From Candidatus Cloacimonadales bacterium (GTDB lineage: Bacteria; Cloacimonadota; Cloacimonadia; Cloacimonadales; DAONDQ01): a stretch of 64,000 nucleotides of DNA. The position numbers and the translations under genes were made by a program. The stretch's first letter is position 1. Every line of letters begins with the position of its first letter. The stretch lies in contig OY759316.1 in the NCBI GenBank assembly GCA_963662275.1, positions 2,336,001 through 2,400,000 of the forward strand, in the 5' to 3' direction. The notes beneath the pieces were generated by a model. The model was not told where the DNA came from. It searched no databases and saw nothing but the letters and a program-made list of their open reading frames with translations. Below are positions 41,090-52,600 of the stretch, one piece after another.

Positions 41090-41577
41090 CGTGTGCCTTC
41101 CTGTTTCCTACCAGTCATACTTCCTCAAAAACAAAGATTCTAATTACTTGACAATTAGTTCTAATATTTAATCATATGTCAGTTAACATAATAATTATTA
41201 CTAATGTGAAATAATAAAGAAGATGGGAAGTACAAGATTATATATTTATTTTTGAACAAAAATAGTCAAATCCGGAGTATAGCAAGGCACATGTTGTAAT
41301 TGTATCGAAAAACAAAGTTGTGAATTAATAGAATGTAATTACAATCTGATTGCTTATTAGTATAATCCACAACAATGCTTTTTCATATCTGATAGTACAT
41401 GATAGTAGTCCATTGTATAAGGAATTTCTGGACAAACTTAGAATGAAGTTGAAATTTGTAAAATGGTAAGAGTCAGAGAAATAAATCTAGTTGCAAAACT
41501 ACGATTTGAATCTTCAGGCATTAAGTTTATGAATCCAAATATTTATAATTGAGTTTAATTCTAAGGGGTTAATTAGA

Positions 41578-44187
41578 ATGGATGAGTTATCATTTTTTCA
41601 ACATGGTAGTAAATGGATTAGAGCTGATTTCCATCTGCACACAAAGCGTGATCGTGAATTCATTTACGCAGGCGACGATAATGATTTTATAAAAGACTAC
41701 ATCTCTGCGCTAAAAACTGCCAACATCCGTGTTGGCATTATTACAAATCATAATAAATTCGACAGAGAGGAATTTAAAAACCTGAGGAAAGCAGCAAAAA
41801 AGGAAAACATCTATCTTTTACCGGGAGTTGAGTTATCTATTAAGGATGGAGCAAATGGAATTCACACTTTGATAGTATTCCAAGAAGATTGGATAGATAA
41901 CCAAGCCAATAAAGACCACATCAATAGCTTTATTGAGCTTACATTCGCAGGTCAAACAAACTATGATAACAGCAATTCTCGATCAAACCATGATATTATT
42001 GATACAATTAGAGAATTGGATAAATTTCAAAAAGAATATTTTATGATTTTCGCTCATGTAGAAAATACGAGTGGATTATGGCATGAGCTTAAGGACGGGC
42101 GAATTACTGAGCTAGGCAAGAAAGAGGAATTCCGTTGTAGAACAGCAGCATTCCAGAAAGTAAAACCTAGTGAAACCAAAGAAAAAGTGATAGCTTGGCT
42201 AGAAGGGTGGTACCCATCTGAAGTTGAAGGTTCTGATCCAAAATCAATTGAACAGGTTGGAAAAGGTGAGAAATCTTATATCAAGATCGGAGCTTTCACA
42301 TTTGAAGCTATCCAATTCGCATTAAAACCAAAAGCTGAAAGATTGTTAAAAAGTGAAATACAGAAACTAAAACACACTTGGATTAGATCTATTAGTTTCG
42401 ACGGTGGGATTTTTGATAAAACTCGCATTGATTTTTCTGAAGAAATGAATTGTTTAATTGGTATAAGAGGAAGTGGCAAATCAGCATTGTTAGAATGTCT
42501 TCGTTATGCACTTAAATTACCATTACCTTCTAATACCGAAGATTATAGATATAAGGTAGATTTAGTTGATTTCGCCCTCGAAAGTGGCGGCAAGATAGTT
42601 GTTGAAATCGAAGATGCTTCAGGTAATATTTATGAAATCAGACGTATTTTAAATCATAATTCAGATGTCTATTTTAATGATGTATTGCAACCAGGCATAA
42701 GTATTCCACTTAAAGATCCATTATTTTTTGGGCAAAAAGAACTAGTTAAAAGAGGTGAAGGATCTGAACGGGAATTGGTTTCCAGACTCATGGGAACAAA
42801 GCTCGATAATGTGCGAAAAGAAATTCGAATGCAGCATCAGAAAGTGCTTGATGTATTGAATAGTTTAGACAAATTTCAGAGCTTGGATGAATTGGAACAA
42901 GAATATTTAAATAAGAAAAGAACCACTGAATTTAAATTAGATCTATTTAAGAAATATGGGATCGAAAAACAACTTAACCGTCAGGTTGTATTCAATGCAG
43001 ATGTAACGAACTCTCAAAGAGTTGTAACCGCTATCGACACTTTCATAAATTCTTTTGATCTTTTTTTAAATGAACAATCATCTGAACTTGCCTCATTAGC
43101 CAAACTTGAATCAGAGGAAAATGCTGATACAATGCTTAGTATAAACGCCCTTATGGAGAAAATACGTAAGGTACCTGATGCCATAATGAAATTCCTTAAT
43201 GACACTCGCCAGTGTTCAACAGAACTTCATGAGAAGTTATCAGACTTAGAACAACGGCGTGATCTTCTCAAAGAAGAATTCGCTTCCATTGAAAGGACTT
43301 TAAATGAACAACTTCAAAGTTCGGGAGAAAAAGGCATTCGACCTGATGATTTTGTGAAGCTGAATACTGAATTACAGAATGCAAAATTAGCTCTTGAAGA
43401 AATTGCAAAAAACAGAGTTCGTAAGAATAACATTCAAGATGAATTACGTAAGGAACTTAGAAGTCTATCAAATTTATGGCATACAGAATACAAAATGATC
43501 GAAGCCGAAATTCTGAAACTTAATGATAGTCAAAAAGCTTTAAAAATTATTCCAATTTTCAAAGGAGATAAAGAAATTTTTAAAAACGAAATGATTACCC
43601 AGTTTAGAGGGAGCCATCTCAGAGAAAGCACGCATAAAAATATTTCAGAAAAATATGCGGATTTCATTTCAATTTTCGATTCATTAGATTCGGTTTGCAG
43701 CGAATTGGGGGAATCAGGAGATGTATTCCGTAAGTATTTTACCGACAATAGAGCTACTCTATTAACTTGGCAGGTACCAAACTCATTTCATATTAAGTAC
43801 CATGGAAAGGAATTAAGTGAACATTCTCTAGGTCAAAGAGCATCTGCATTAATACTTTTCATACTCAGCCAAAGCGACAACGATGTTATTGTGATTGATC
43901 AACCTGAAGATGATTTAGATAATCAGACGATTTTTGAAGATGTTATCAAGCAAGTTAGAGCTGTAAAACAGAATATTCAATTTATTTTTGCTACACACAA
44001 TGCGAATTTCCCGGTTTTAGGTGATACTGAACAAGTCGGAGCATGTTCTTTTGTTGATAGTAACACTGTGCTAAAAGTCGGAAGTATTGATGATCCTACT
44101 ATTCAGAAAGCAATAGTATCAATTATGGAAGGTGGACATGAAGCTTTCACACGCAGAAAGGAGATTTACCAGCAATGGAAGCAATAG
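41578..44187 (+). CDS. PHP phosphoesterase-ABC/SMC-like ATPase fusion (Ppl/TrlF-like)
   Basis: PHP motifs ADFHLHT, ITNHN, GVE, H, AHV and GSD. Walker A GIRGSGKS, coiled coil, SLGQR, Walker B IDQPEDDLD and ATHN. Confidence 0.85.
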   Translation: MDELSFFQHGSKWIRADFHLHTKRDREFIYAGDDNDFIKDYISALKTANIRVGIITNHNKFDREEFKNLRKAAKKENIYLLPGVELSIKDGANGIHTLIVFQEDWIDNQANKDHINSFIELTFAGQTNYDNSNSRSNHDIIDTIRELDKFQKEYFMIFAHVENTSGLWHELKDGRITELGKKEEFRCRTAAFQKVKPSETKEKVIAWLEGWYPSEVEGSDPKSIEQVGKGEKSYIKIGAFTFEAIQFALKPKAERLLKSEIQKLKHTWIRSISFDGGIFDKTRIDFSEEMNCLIGIRGSGKSALLECLRYALKLPLPSNTEDYRYKVDLVDFALESGGKIVVEIEDASGNIYEIRRILNHNSDVYFNDVLQPGISIPLKDPLFFGQKELVKRGEGSERELVSRLMGTKLDNVRKEIRMQHQKVLDVLNSLDKFQSLDELEQEYLNKKRTTEFKLDLFKKYGIEKQLNRQVVFNADVTNSQRVVTAIDTFINSFDLFLNEQSSELASLAKLESEENADTMLSINALMEKIRKVPDAIMKFLNDTRQCSTELHEKLSDLEQRRDLLKEEFASIERTLNEQLQSSGEKGIRPDDFVKLNTELQNAKLALEEIAKNRVRKNNIQDELRKELRSLSNLWHTEYKMIEAEILKLNDSQKALKIIPIFKGDKEIFKNEMITQFRGSHLRESTHKNISEKYADFISIFDSLDSVCSELGESGDVFRKYFTDNRATLLTWQVPNSFHIKYHGKELSEHSLGQRASALILFILSQSDNDVIVIDQPEDDLDNQTIFEDVIKQVRAVKQNIQFIFATHNANFPVLGDTEQVGACSFVDSNTVLKVGSIDDPTIQKAIVSIMEGGHEAFTRRKEIYQQWKQ

Positions 44188-45356
44188 AACTCATTGAAAT
44201 AGTAACATGCGGTGAAGATACAAGAACCCAATTCAAACAAAGCCAGGATATCACAAATGCAAAATCATTGGCTGGAGAAATGGTAGCATTTTCAAATAGC
44301 AAAGGTGGAAGAATATTAATCGGTGTAGATGACAACAGCTCAGTTGTTGGATTAGCACCTATAGATATTCGTAGGTTGAATCAATTAATATCAAATACTG
44401 CAACGAATAATGTACGCCCACCAATAAATCCAGAGACTGAAAATATCACAATTGGTGATAAGTTAGTAATGGTTGTTTCAATATCTGAGGGAATTTCAAA
44501 ACCCTACTCAGATAACGAAGGAACGACATGGGTTAAATCAGGGTCTGATAAAAGAAGAGTTACTTCTCGGGAAGAATTACAAAGAATGTTTCAAAGCTCT
44601 CATCTCATTCAAGCTGATGAAATACCTGTTGAAGGTACAAGTTTAACAGATATAGATATCGACCATTTTAAGAATTATTTTGAGAGGCAGTATGGTACTT
44701 CTCTAGAAGAAGCACTAGGAAAGGATAATATTACTCTAGATAATCTATTTCAAAACATGGGACTTGCTCAAGATTCTAGAATTTGTCTAGCTGGTTTAAT
44801 GATATTTGGAATAAATCCACAACGATATCGTCCTGCTTTTATCGTTAAGGCTGTCTCTTTTATTGGTAATGATGCTACTGGAGATAAATATAGAGATAGT
44901 CAAGATATTACAGGTTGTATTCGTGAACTTCATCAAGAATCAATGTCTTTTTTGACTCGTAATCTCAGAAGAATACAGGGAGAAAAGAATTTTAATTCTG
45001 AAGGTGATCTCGAAATACCTATTTCTGCACTGGAAGAACTTATTGCCAATATGTTACTTCATAGAGATTATTTTATTTCAGCACCATGGCGCATCATGAT
45101 ATTCGAAAATAGAATTGAAATAATAAGTCCCGGTGCTTTGCCTAACAATCTTACAATTGAGAATATCCGCAACGGTGTCTCAAATTTTAGAAACTCTCGA
45201 ATGGTTAATTTTGCAACAAATGGAAATGAGCTTCCATTCAGAGGTATCGGTACAGGAATAAGACGGGCTTTAGCTGCTGTTCCGAATATTGAGTTTGAAT
45301 CTGACCAAGATCGTAATTTGTTTATCGTACGCATTCCTCGAAATCAGAACATTTAG
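44175..45356 (+). CDS. AlbA_2 (Schlafen-like) + HATPase_c_4/RecG-C-like protein
   Basis: GEDTRTQFK, MVAFSNSKGGRILIGVDD, EELIANMLLHRDY, IISPG.LP, GTGI. Overlaps the upstream gene. Confidence 0.85.
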   Translation: MEAIELIEIVTCGEDTRTQFKQSQDITNAKSLAGEMVAFSNSKGGRILIGVDDNSSVVGLAPIDIRRLNQLISNTATNNVRPPINPETENITIGDKLVMVVSISEGISKPYSDNEGTTWVKSGSDKRRVTSREELQRMFQSSHLIQADEIPVEGTSLTDIDIDHFKNYFERQYGTSLEEALGKDNITLDNLFQNMGLAQDSRICLAGLMIFGINPQRYRPAFIVKAVSFIGNDATGDKYRDSQDITGCIRELHQESMSFLTRNLRRIQGEKNFNSEGDLEIPISALEELIANMLLHRDYFISAPWRIMIFENRIEIISPGALPNNLTIENIRNGVSNFRNSRMVNFATNGNELPFRGIGTGIRRALAAVPNIEFESDQDRNLFIVRIPRNQNI

Positions 45357-45495
45357 ATTTCTTATTAATTATATAGTCATTTGTTCCAATGTGATTAGCT
45401 ATAGCATATTAATGAGTCAGGGTTATCGCATCGGATAAATCCAAACTATCCACCTCATAAAATGAGGCGTTGCATTATTGTTGACATCCTCCCCC

Positions 45496-47148
45496 TTATT
45501 TAATTAAAAGTACTTTTCTCGTTATGGTCTTTGCATTTCCAACCTTAGCTGCCAATAAGTATATCCCGGTAGGTAAAGCATCAAGATCTACATCAAAAAC
45601 TGAGTCATGTCCTTTGATTACTGACCTGGTATCTTCACTGACTTTTTCACCTTTTATGCTGTATAATTGAAGGATTACTTTATCAGATCCCGGATTGTGA
45701 AGCAGTCCTTTTAACGTTCCACGACACGGATTGGGATAAAGATCAATTTGGTTGAGCAACTGAACACCTGCTACTTCATCATCATTTGCAATTGCACCAT
45801 CCTGGGTTACGGTGCAAATTGCAGTCAACGTCCCAGCAGTAATTGTGATATCGGCAGTTCGCGGTGTTGATGAAGTATTTAGTATACTTGATACGGAAAA
45901 TTGTCCATTACCTGTCCCTGTTAATGGAACGCAGGTTAACCAACTTGCATCCTCAGTAACAGTCCAGGCGATATTTGAAGTAACATGAATAACAAAACTT
46001 CCTGCAAAGGAACCTAAGCTTTGGATCGAGGGTGTAATAGAAAGCTGTGGTTCAGCCGGAGTTAGGTCAACAGTCAAAGTATAAAATGAGTTGGTTGGAT
46101 TTGTTGTTCCATAAGCGTTTTGAACACAGATGATATATTTTCCATCAATATAACCCGCATTTTGGACAATATCTGCATTGATTACTTCTGTTGTAGTTTC
46201 CGGATTCATAGACAAATGATTTGGTGAACCATACATATCTCCCTGGCAGTATAAATATAGATCATGATTTTGTGGCAGGTCGCTTAACGTAATCGTTGCG
46301 TGTGTGACTTCAAAGGGTACATCAAAAGCATAAAAATCTAAATCAATTGTTTCATTATTACAATCATATGCGATACTTGCATCTGATATTGTATGATGAT
46401 AAGGCTCACCAATCGTCGGATTTAAATCAGAGTAAGTAGACAGGCTTCCATTAGGCTCATATCTGTCCCATGTCCAGAATGAGTTAGTTCCAGACCAGCC
46501 TGATGAACCGGTAGCTGAATTTGCCTTCACACGCCAATAATACTGACTATGTGGATCCATATCCAGGTTATTGGCATAACAGCTTACATCAGTAATATTG
46601 GCTGAAACAGGATTTGTGAAATCAATATTATCTGCTAATTGAATATCGTAACTTGTTGCTCCACTAACGCTATTCCAAGAAAAAACAATGGGGTAGTTCG
46701 CTATAGCAGTGGAAAGACCTGGTGCATTATTTGCAGGAAGAAGAAGTGTAGGTGCTTGTAGTGATGTCGATTGTGTCACTATACACAAAGCTTGTTCATC
46801 ACCACTCCCACTGAATGTAATTGTACCTATTCTTGTTGAAAGAGTTGAATTCTGCTCATATGAAACTTGCACAGTACCATTATTCGATCCTGAATGGGGT
46901 GTATATGTAATCCATGAAGCGTCATCATTCACAGACCAACTGCCATCTGACGAAACGGTGATATCGAAGGTTCCAGCGGTATAAAGCACTGATTGATTCT
47001 CAGGTGTTATTGATAAAGATCGATTTGAATAAGTAATTTGATTCAATGTCGTACTAGCACTAAAAACACTTGCGGTAAAAATAATACTCCAACATGTTGC
47101 TGTAATGAATAGAAAAAACAGGATTAGGAAAATTAACTGTGTTTTCAT
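45496..47148 (-). CDS. Secreted BACON + FN3-like protein with T9SS-like C-terminus
   Basis: Two BACON-like repeats (W...DASW.T..P.SG), YYWRVKA, DRYEPN and YPNP. Confidence 0.75.
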   Translation of the reverse strand: MKTQLIFLILFFLFITATCWSIIFTASVFSASTTLNQITYSNRSLSITPENQSVLYTAGTFDITVSSDGSWSVNDDASWITYTPHSGSNNGTVQVSYEQNSTLSTRIGTITFSGSGDEQALCIVTQSTSLQAPTLLLPANNAPGLSTAIANYPIVFSWNSVSGATSYDIQLADNIDFTNPVSANITDVSCYANNLDMDPHSQYYWRVKANSATGSSGWSGTNSFWTWDRYEPNGSLSTYSDLNPTIGEPYHHTISDASIAYDCNNETIDLDFYAFDVPFEVTHATITLSDLPQNHDLYLYCQGDMYGSPNHLSMNPETTTEVINADIVQNAGYIDGKYIICVQNAYGTTNPTNSFYTLTVDLTPAEPQLSITPSIQSLGSFAGSFVIHVTSNIAWTVTEDASWLTCVPLTGTGNGQFSVSSILNTSSTPRTADITITAGTLTAICTVTQDGAIANDDEVAGVQLLNQIDLYPNPCRGTLKGLLHNPGSDKVILQLYSIKGEKVSEDTRSVIKGHDSVFDVDLDALPTGIYLLAAKVGNAKTITRKVLLIK

Positions 47149-47324
47149 AAGAACCTCCATCTAAAAAATACTCGTTAAATACAATTCTATCTATTTCCAA
47201 AGAAAATCAAAAACCTAATTCAACTATATTCAACTCATCGATGACTTGATAGTCACTAAATAGATTCACTTATTTTTAGTTACATTTTAGGGTAAGTATA
47301 TTGTTAAATATTGTCAAGCCATAT

Positions 47325-48017
47325 TTAATTATTAATTTCCCAATTAATGGGAATAGCATACTCAATCGGGTCCTGTGTTCCGGTTTTTTTGAAAGCATTA
47401 ATCCGCAATCTGCAACTGTCACACACTCCACATGCTTTATCATTACTTCGATAGCAACTCCAGCTTAGGTGGAAAGGAGCATTGAGTTCATTTCCCAGTT
47501 TCACGATTTCAGCTTTTGATTTATGGATAACGGGAGTAATAATTTTAATTAATGTTTCAGGTTTAGTTCCAAAAGATATCAGATGATTAAAAGCTTGAAT
47601 AAAATCTTCCCTGCAATCCGGATAACCTGAACTGTCTTCTTCTACAACTCCGATATAGATACGTGTAGCTCCCACAACCTCTGCCCAGGAAACGGCAACA
47701 CAGAGAAGATGAGCATTACGAAATGGAACATAAGTACTTGGAATATTATTATGAATACCGGAAGTTGAAATTTGCATGTTCAAATCAACCAGGCTAGAAC
47801 CACCAATATCTTTCAAATAGGATAAGTCAGCTATTAGAGTATCCTTTGGTCGATAATGATCTATCAATGCTTGAAAAGATTCCAGTTCACGATCTTCAGT
47901 AAGTTGTCCATAATTCATATGAAGAAAGAATAATTCATGATTTTCATTAGCTGCAATTGAGACTGTCACCAGACTATCCATTCCACCACTGACGAGTACG
48001 ATAGCTTTTTGATTCAT
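47325..48017 (-). CDS. queC: 7-cyano-7-deazaguanine synthase
   Basis: SGGMDS, YGQ, TYVPFRN, GYPDCR, SWSCY..CGVCDSC.LR. Confidence 0.95.
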   Translation of the reverse strand: MNQKAIVLVSGGMDSLVTVSIAANENHELFFLHMNYGQLTEDRELESFQALIDHYRPKDTLIADLSYLKDIGGSSLVDLNMQISTSGIHNNIPSTYVPFRNAHLLCVAVSWAEVVGATRIYIGVVEEDSSGYPDCREDFIQAFNHLISFGTKPETLIKIITPVIHKSKAEIVKLGNELNAPFHLSWSCYRSNDKACGVCDSCRLRINAFKKTGTQDPIEYAIPINWEINN

Positions 48018-48102
48018 GTTAATCCTTTTCTAGAGCAGGTCACCGATCCTGCAGAATCCTAATATTCATTATAATTACTTCATGATTCATAGTTTTCAAA
48101 CC

Positions 48103-48300
48103 TTAATCACTTGGTGGTAGCGGTCTTGTTGAAAGAGTATCTATCATTTGACCTGCTTGTTTCTGATGCTTAGCAGAAGAAGTGAAGGCACGAACTATTC
48201 TTGGCAGTCTCGGCGTAATAAATAAGATGAATGCAACCAGGACGATGATAACAATAATCACTTTATATTTACATGTCTTATTGTCATTGTCTTCATACAT
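48103..48300 (-). CDS. Small membrane-anchored hypothetical protein
   Basis: AGGAG RBS precedes ATG 48300. One TM helix, in an operon-like position. Confidence 0.5.
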   Translation of the reverse strand: MYEDNDNKTCKYKVIIVIIVLVAFILFITPRLPRIVRAFTSSAKHQKQAGQMIDTLSTRPLPPSD

Positions 48301-48311
48301 GTTTACTCCTT

Positions 48312-49214
48312 TTAGCGCCAACCGCTTACATTGTTCTCTCTTTCAATTTCTATTTCGATGGATTCAGGAAGTTTAGAAAAGAAATCGAGTCCAGTTTTCT
48401 TTTCGATGGTATCTATTGAGACAGTATAATCCCAATACGAATTCATGCTTCTTTCATTTGGAATAAGGAAGGAGATAACTTTGAATCCAGGTTGTTTGAA
48501 ATCAAGAATGATTTTAAAGAAAGCATCCGGTATTGCTACTTTGTCCATTCCGATGTAGTTTCTTCCCGCAGGAGGATTATTAAAAACTGGACCAGTGACG
48601 ACATAAACCTGTTGATCTGATATAGCCCAATTTCTTACACAGGATTCCAGTTCTTCCCAGATGCCTTGATTGAATTCTGGCTTTTGAGGTGTCATATTAC
48701 TCATATAGAAAGATTCCTTCATAGCTTGTTCTGACCACTTCATATCAGCAAAAGGAGCCAGGTGCCCCCTATCATAACCCGAAGACTTGTAATCTGCAAG
48801 TGTAGCTGAACCAGTGGATACATAAGGATCGGGTTTGAAGCTATCTATTCTTTTTCTTTGAGCCTGTACTTCAGCCTTTGTCAGTTCATATGCAACCCAG
48901 TCAGCTTCTTCATTCTGTTCATTATAAGCAAGCGTATATCCAATATGTGTAATGATTTCATCCTGCTTGGGTTGTGAGGGGAGAAGATATTGAGCTAATT
49001 GATTACCATTGTAGGGAATATCATAATTATTAATATCAGGTGAGATATCGGATTTTTGTTTATCCAAAGGAGATGAAATTGAGTCATGAGATACCAGGAT
49101 ACTATCATTTTGAGGAAATCTAAATATGTCGATCGGCAAGTCTTTTTTTGTATAACGTATAAGAAGACTGATAACCAATACAGCCAGGACAAGAATGAAT
49201 ACTGTTTTCTTCAT
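48312..49214 (-). CDS. DNA/RNA non-specific endonuclease (NucA/EndoG family)
   Basis: WVAY.LT, GYDRGHLAP, SFYMSNMTPQ..FNQGIW..LE, VVTGP. Confidence 0.93.
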   Translation of the reverse strand: MKKTVFILVLAVLVISLLIRYTKKDLPIDIFRFPQNDSILVSHDSISSPLDKQKSDISPDINNYDIPYNGNQLAQYLLPSQPKQDEIITHIGYTLAYNEQNEEADWVAYELTKAEVQAQRKRIDSFKPDPYVSTGSATLADYKSSGYDRGHLAPFADMKWSEQAMKESFYMSNMTPQKPEFNQGIWEELESCVRNWAISDQQVYVVTGPVFNNPPAGRNYIGMDKVAIPDAFFKIILDFKQPGFKVISFLIPNERSMNSYWDYTVSIDTIEKKTGLDFFSKLPESIEIEIERENNVSGWR

Positions 49215-49229
49215 TAGTTTACTTGATTT

Positions 49230-49448
49230 TTAATCCTTAAGAATTTCTCTTCTTTCTGCCCCCTGTTCGGCTTTATATAGTGAATCTGTTGTAGATTCAG
49301 CAGGTGTGCTTCTGATCAAGGATTTTTCAATTTTACTCAATTGCCGGGGAAGAAAACCTGAGAAATATCCAAATACTACCAGAGCTAGAAGGATTACTAT
49401 CCAGTAACGAAGTAATAAATGACCGAGATTATCCGGTTTGCGATACAT
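49230..49448 (-). CDS. Small membrane-anchored hypothetical protein
   Basis: AAGGTGG precedes ATG 49448. One TM helix. The longer ORF start at 49544 falls inside the repeat. Confidence 0.5.
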   Translation of the reverse strand: MYRKPDNLGHLLLRYWIVILLALVVFGYFSGFLPRQLSKIEKSLIRSTPAESTTDSLYKAEQGAERREILKD

Positions 49449-49526
49449 GGCAACCACCTTTCGAAGTTCGAAGTACGAAAGTATGGGGTCTGCATCAGCA
49501 GACCCCATACAATAATTTTGATTTCT

Positions 49527-49658
49527 ATTCAGTAAGATCGGCATCTTACTCCACGACCAGATTCAGTAAGATCGGAATCTTACTCCACGACCAGATTCAG
49601 TAAGATCGGCATCTTACTCCACGACCAGATTCAGTAAGATCGGCATCTTACTCCACGA
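49527..49658 (-). repeat. Four tandem 34-bp REP-like units
   Basis: The minus-strand unit is GTGG-AGTAAGA-TKCCGA-TCTTACT-GAATCTGGTC, with starts at 49527, 49561, 49595 and 49629. Confidence 0.9.
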
Positions 49659-49659
49659 A

Positions 49660-52600
49660 TTATGGTAATTTACGTGAAGGTTTATGACTGAAATCAGGTT
49701 TCATGGGAGGATTCGCTTTCAAATCCTTCATGATTTCCTTGATCGTTACATCTAATTGCGGATCTTTACCTGCAGCATAATCCTGGGGAAGAATATCCAC
49801 AAAAATATCCGGGTCAGTTCCGTAGTTCTCAACCCCCCAGCCCACATCCTTGAACCAGAAGCTCATCTCGGGTTGAGTCGTAATTGTTCCATCGACCAAC
49901 CAATTACGAGGCCATATCCCAATCACACCACCCCAGGTACGTTTTCCAACAAGTTTTCCTAATTTCATGAGCTTAAAGGCATGGCTGAAAATATCACCAT
50001 CGGAACCTGCATGTTCATTAGTCAGCGCAATAATAGGTCCACCTATGGAATCTGATGGATAAGGTTCATGACCAAACCAACGAGTTAAGTCGAATCCAAT
50101 TCTCTTACGTGCCAGTTTTTCCAGAAGTAATTGTGAAACAGAACCACCGCCATTGAATCGCACATCAACGAGAAGTCCATCCCGATCAATTTCCTGGAGG
50201 AAATAGCGATGGAATTCTGAAAATCCCTGTACCCACATATCTGGAATATGGACATAACCAATCTTTCCACCTGTTTTTTCATGAACATATTTGCGATTGG
50301 CATCTACCCAATCACGATAACGCGGCGTCATTTCATTATTCAGTGTTTTAACTCGAATTTCACGAGGGTTCTTGCCGGTTTTATCGGCAACAGTAAGACT
50401 CACTTCCTGCTGGGCAAAGTTAATCAGGATTTTCTCAGGTGGGTTGTCTATATCAACTTTTTCTCCATTAATCGCCAATAACAGCATACCTTCTTCAATA
50501 TGATTTCCCGGTAACATGAATGGAGTAGAGTTTTGCCAAAAATCACCTTTCACAATATGTGTGATTTTATACGCTTTGTGCTTTGAATCAAATTTAAAAT
50601 CTGCTCCAAGGTAGCCGATACCATATCTCGGTTTCTGCTTATAATCACCACCAAATTCATAACAATGTGAGGTGCCTAGTTCCCCTTGCATTTCCCAGAT
50701 AAGATCAGAGAATTCAGTACGTGAACCTAAACGGTCAATGAGAGGATAATAACGATCATGCACTTTCTTCCAGTTGATTCCTGCCATATCTTCAACCCAG
50801 TAATACTCTCTTTGAAGACGCCAGGCTTCTGAATACATCTGCTTCCATTCATTAAGAGGTTCAATACTTAGCTTGATACGATTTAGATCGATCCAGCCAG
50901 TCTTTCGACCAGGTTTATCTTCACAGGCTAATTCCTGTTTGGGATCATGGGCTGCATCGATGATACGTATCCCCTTCTGATAATGAACAGCCATTACATC
51001 GCATGCATCATTCAGGTCATAACTGAGAATATCTTTCAGAAATACTTCTGTTTCCAATGTCTTGAAATTATATGCAATGAGGTTGGCTGTTTCAGGATTA
51101 TCAGAAAAGTCGAAATCAGCCATCGCTTTCAATGCATATTGTGTCCAAAATAAGCGATCCTCTGATGCCTTCAGGTCACCATATAAACCTTCCGGAACAG
51201 GTATCCCCAGCACTCTGTCTTCAATACCTTCAAAGTCAATAATAACAGGTTTAATTACTTCAACTTTAACCTTTGTAGTAGCTTTCCCTTCTTTTTTAGC
51301 AGGTTCAGCAGGTTTTTCAGGAACTTCCTTAAAAGGTTTCAGGGCTGGAAGAAATGGTGATGTAGTATCTTTCTGTAAAGTGATCATATATGGCTTATCA
51401 GATTGTGGAAAGGCGAGTTCAAATTGAATGGAATCAATCATGGGATTGAAAGTACGATTTGACATGAAATACAGATACCTGCCTTTGGGATCGAAGATAG
51501 GGTTATAATCCATTAAAATAGGTTTTGTAACTGTATATATCTTTTTAGTCTCCGTATCATAGATATTGATTTGTGATTGTTTTGAATTGATAGATATGGA
51601 ATACGCAATGTATCTGCCATCAGGTGACCAGCTATATCCCCAGATCATTCCGAACTTGTTCTGATCAACGATCAGCTTCGTTTTCTTTTCCAAATCAATG
51701 AGAAGAAGTTCGTTTCGGTTATTGACAGCAGCCAGGAGTTGCTTGTTTTTAGTGATTTCCATCGAAACAACACGCCCCAAATCGAGATCAGGGAACACAA
51801 TATAGTCATCAGAATTATTCAGGCTATGAATTTCCACATGTTCCACATTCCCTTCATCAGATAAAACGACCACATGCTTCTGATCTTTGAGTAAACGAGA
51901 CAGACGATAACGAATACCTTGCTTCTTACCAACCTGAAGGATATTCCCTTCCCAATTGCCCATCGTAAAAGGTTTTCCTCTACTAGTTAAGAGAATTGAA
52001 CCGCCATCGCTGGAGAGTGTGTATTCTTCCAAGTGTTTGTTGACATCTGCAAATTTACGATTTAACTGAATACGTGGTGAATTTAAGACAATCTCAACTT
52101 TCTTTTCCTTGGCTTTCTCCACATCATAGCAATACAGGTCACCACCTGCATGATAAATTATGCTTTTACCATCTGTGGAAGCATTCCTGGCATAAAAGTT
52201 CTTTTGTGAAGAATGTTTTTGAATGTCTTTCCCATCAGGTTTTGCTGAATAGAGATTACCAATTCCTTCATGATCAGAAAGAAAATAGATTCTGTTACCA
52301 ATCCACATAGGGTTAGTTAGATTGCTCTTCAGATCCAACCATTTATGGAATTGACCCGAATTATTCTCATCAATCAGGATATCTCCAGCAGTACCACCAC
52401 GATATCGTTTCCACCGTGCAAGATCATTTGAATAACGCCCTAGTACCGTTCCTTTTTTTCCGAAAGAAATCTGACTCACCGGACCATAGGAAAGCTTAGT
52501 TGGTTCTCCTCCAGTCACAGGAATCTTGTACAGAAACTGATCACGACCCATTGGCTGTTTAAAGGTTGTAGTATAGATAATTTCATTTCCCTGCCAGGTT

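Noticed and set aside
48018..48102. preQ1 riboswitch upstream of queC
   Set aside because: No recognisable preQ1 consensus. The hairpin there matches the dispersed CCGA-loop REP family.
47325..49214. QueC plus nuclease as a defence or DNA-modification system (Qat/Dpd-like)
   Set aside because: QueC looks canonical in length and motifs, the nuclease has an N-terminal membrane anchor, and no partner genes are present.
49527..49658. Mini CRISPR array
   Set aside because: The 34-bp units are contiguous, with no spacers.
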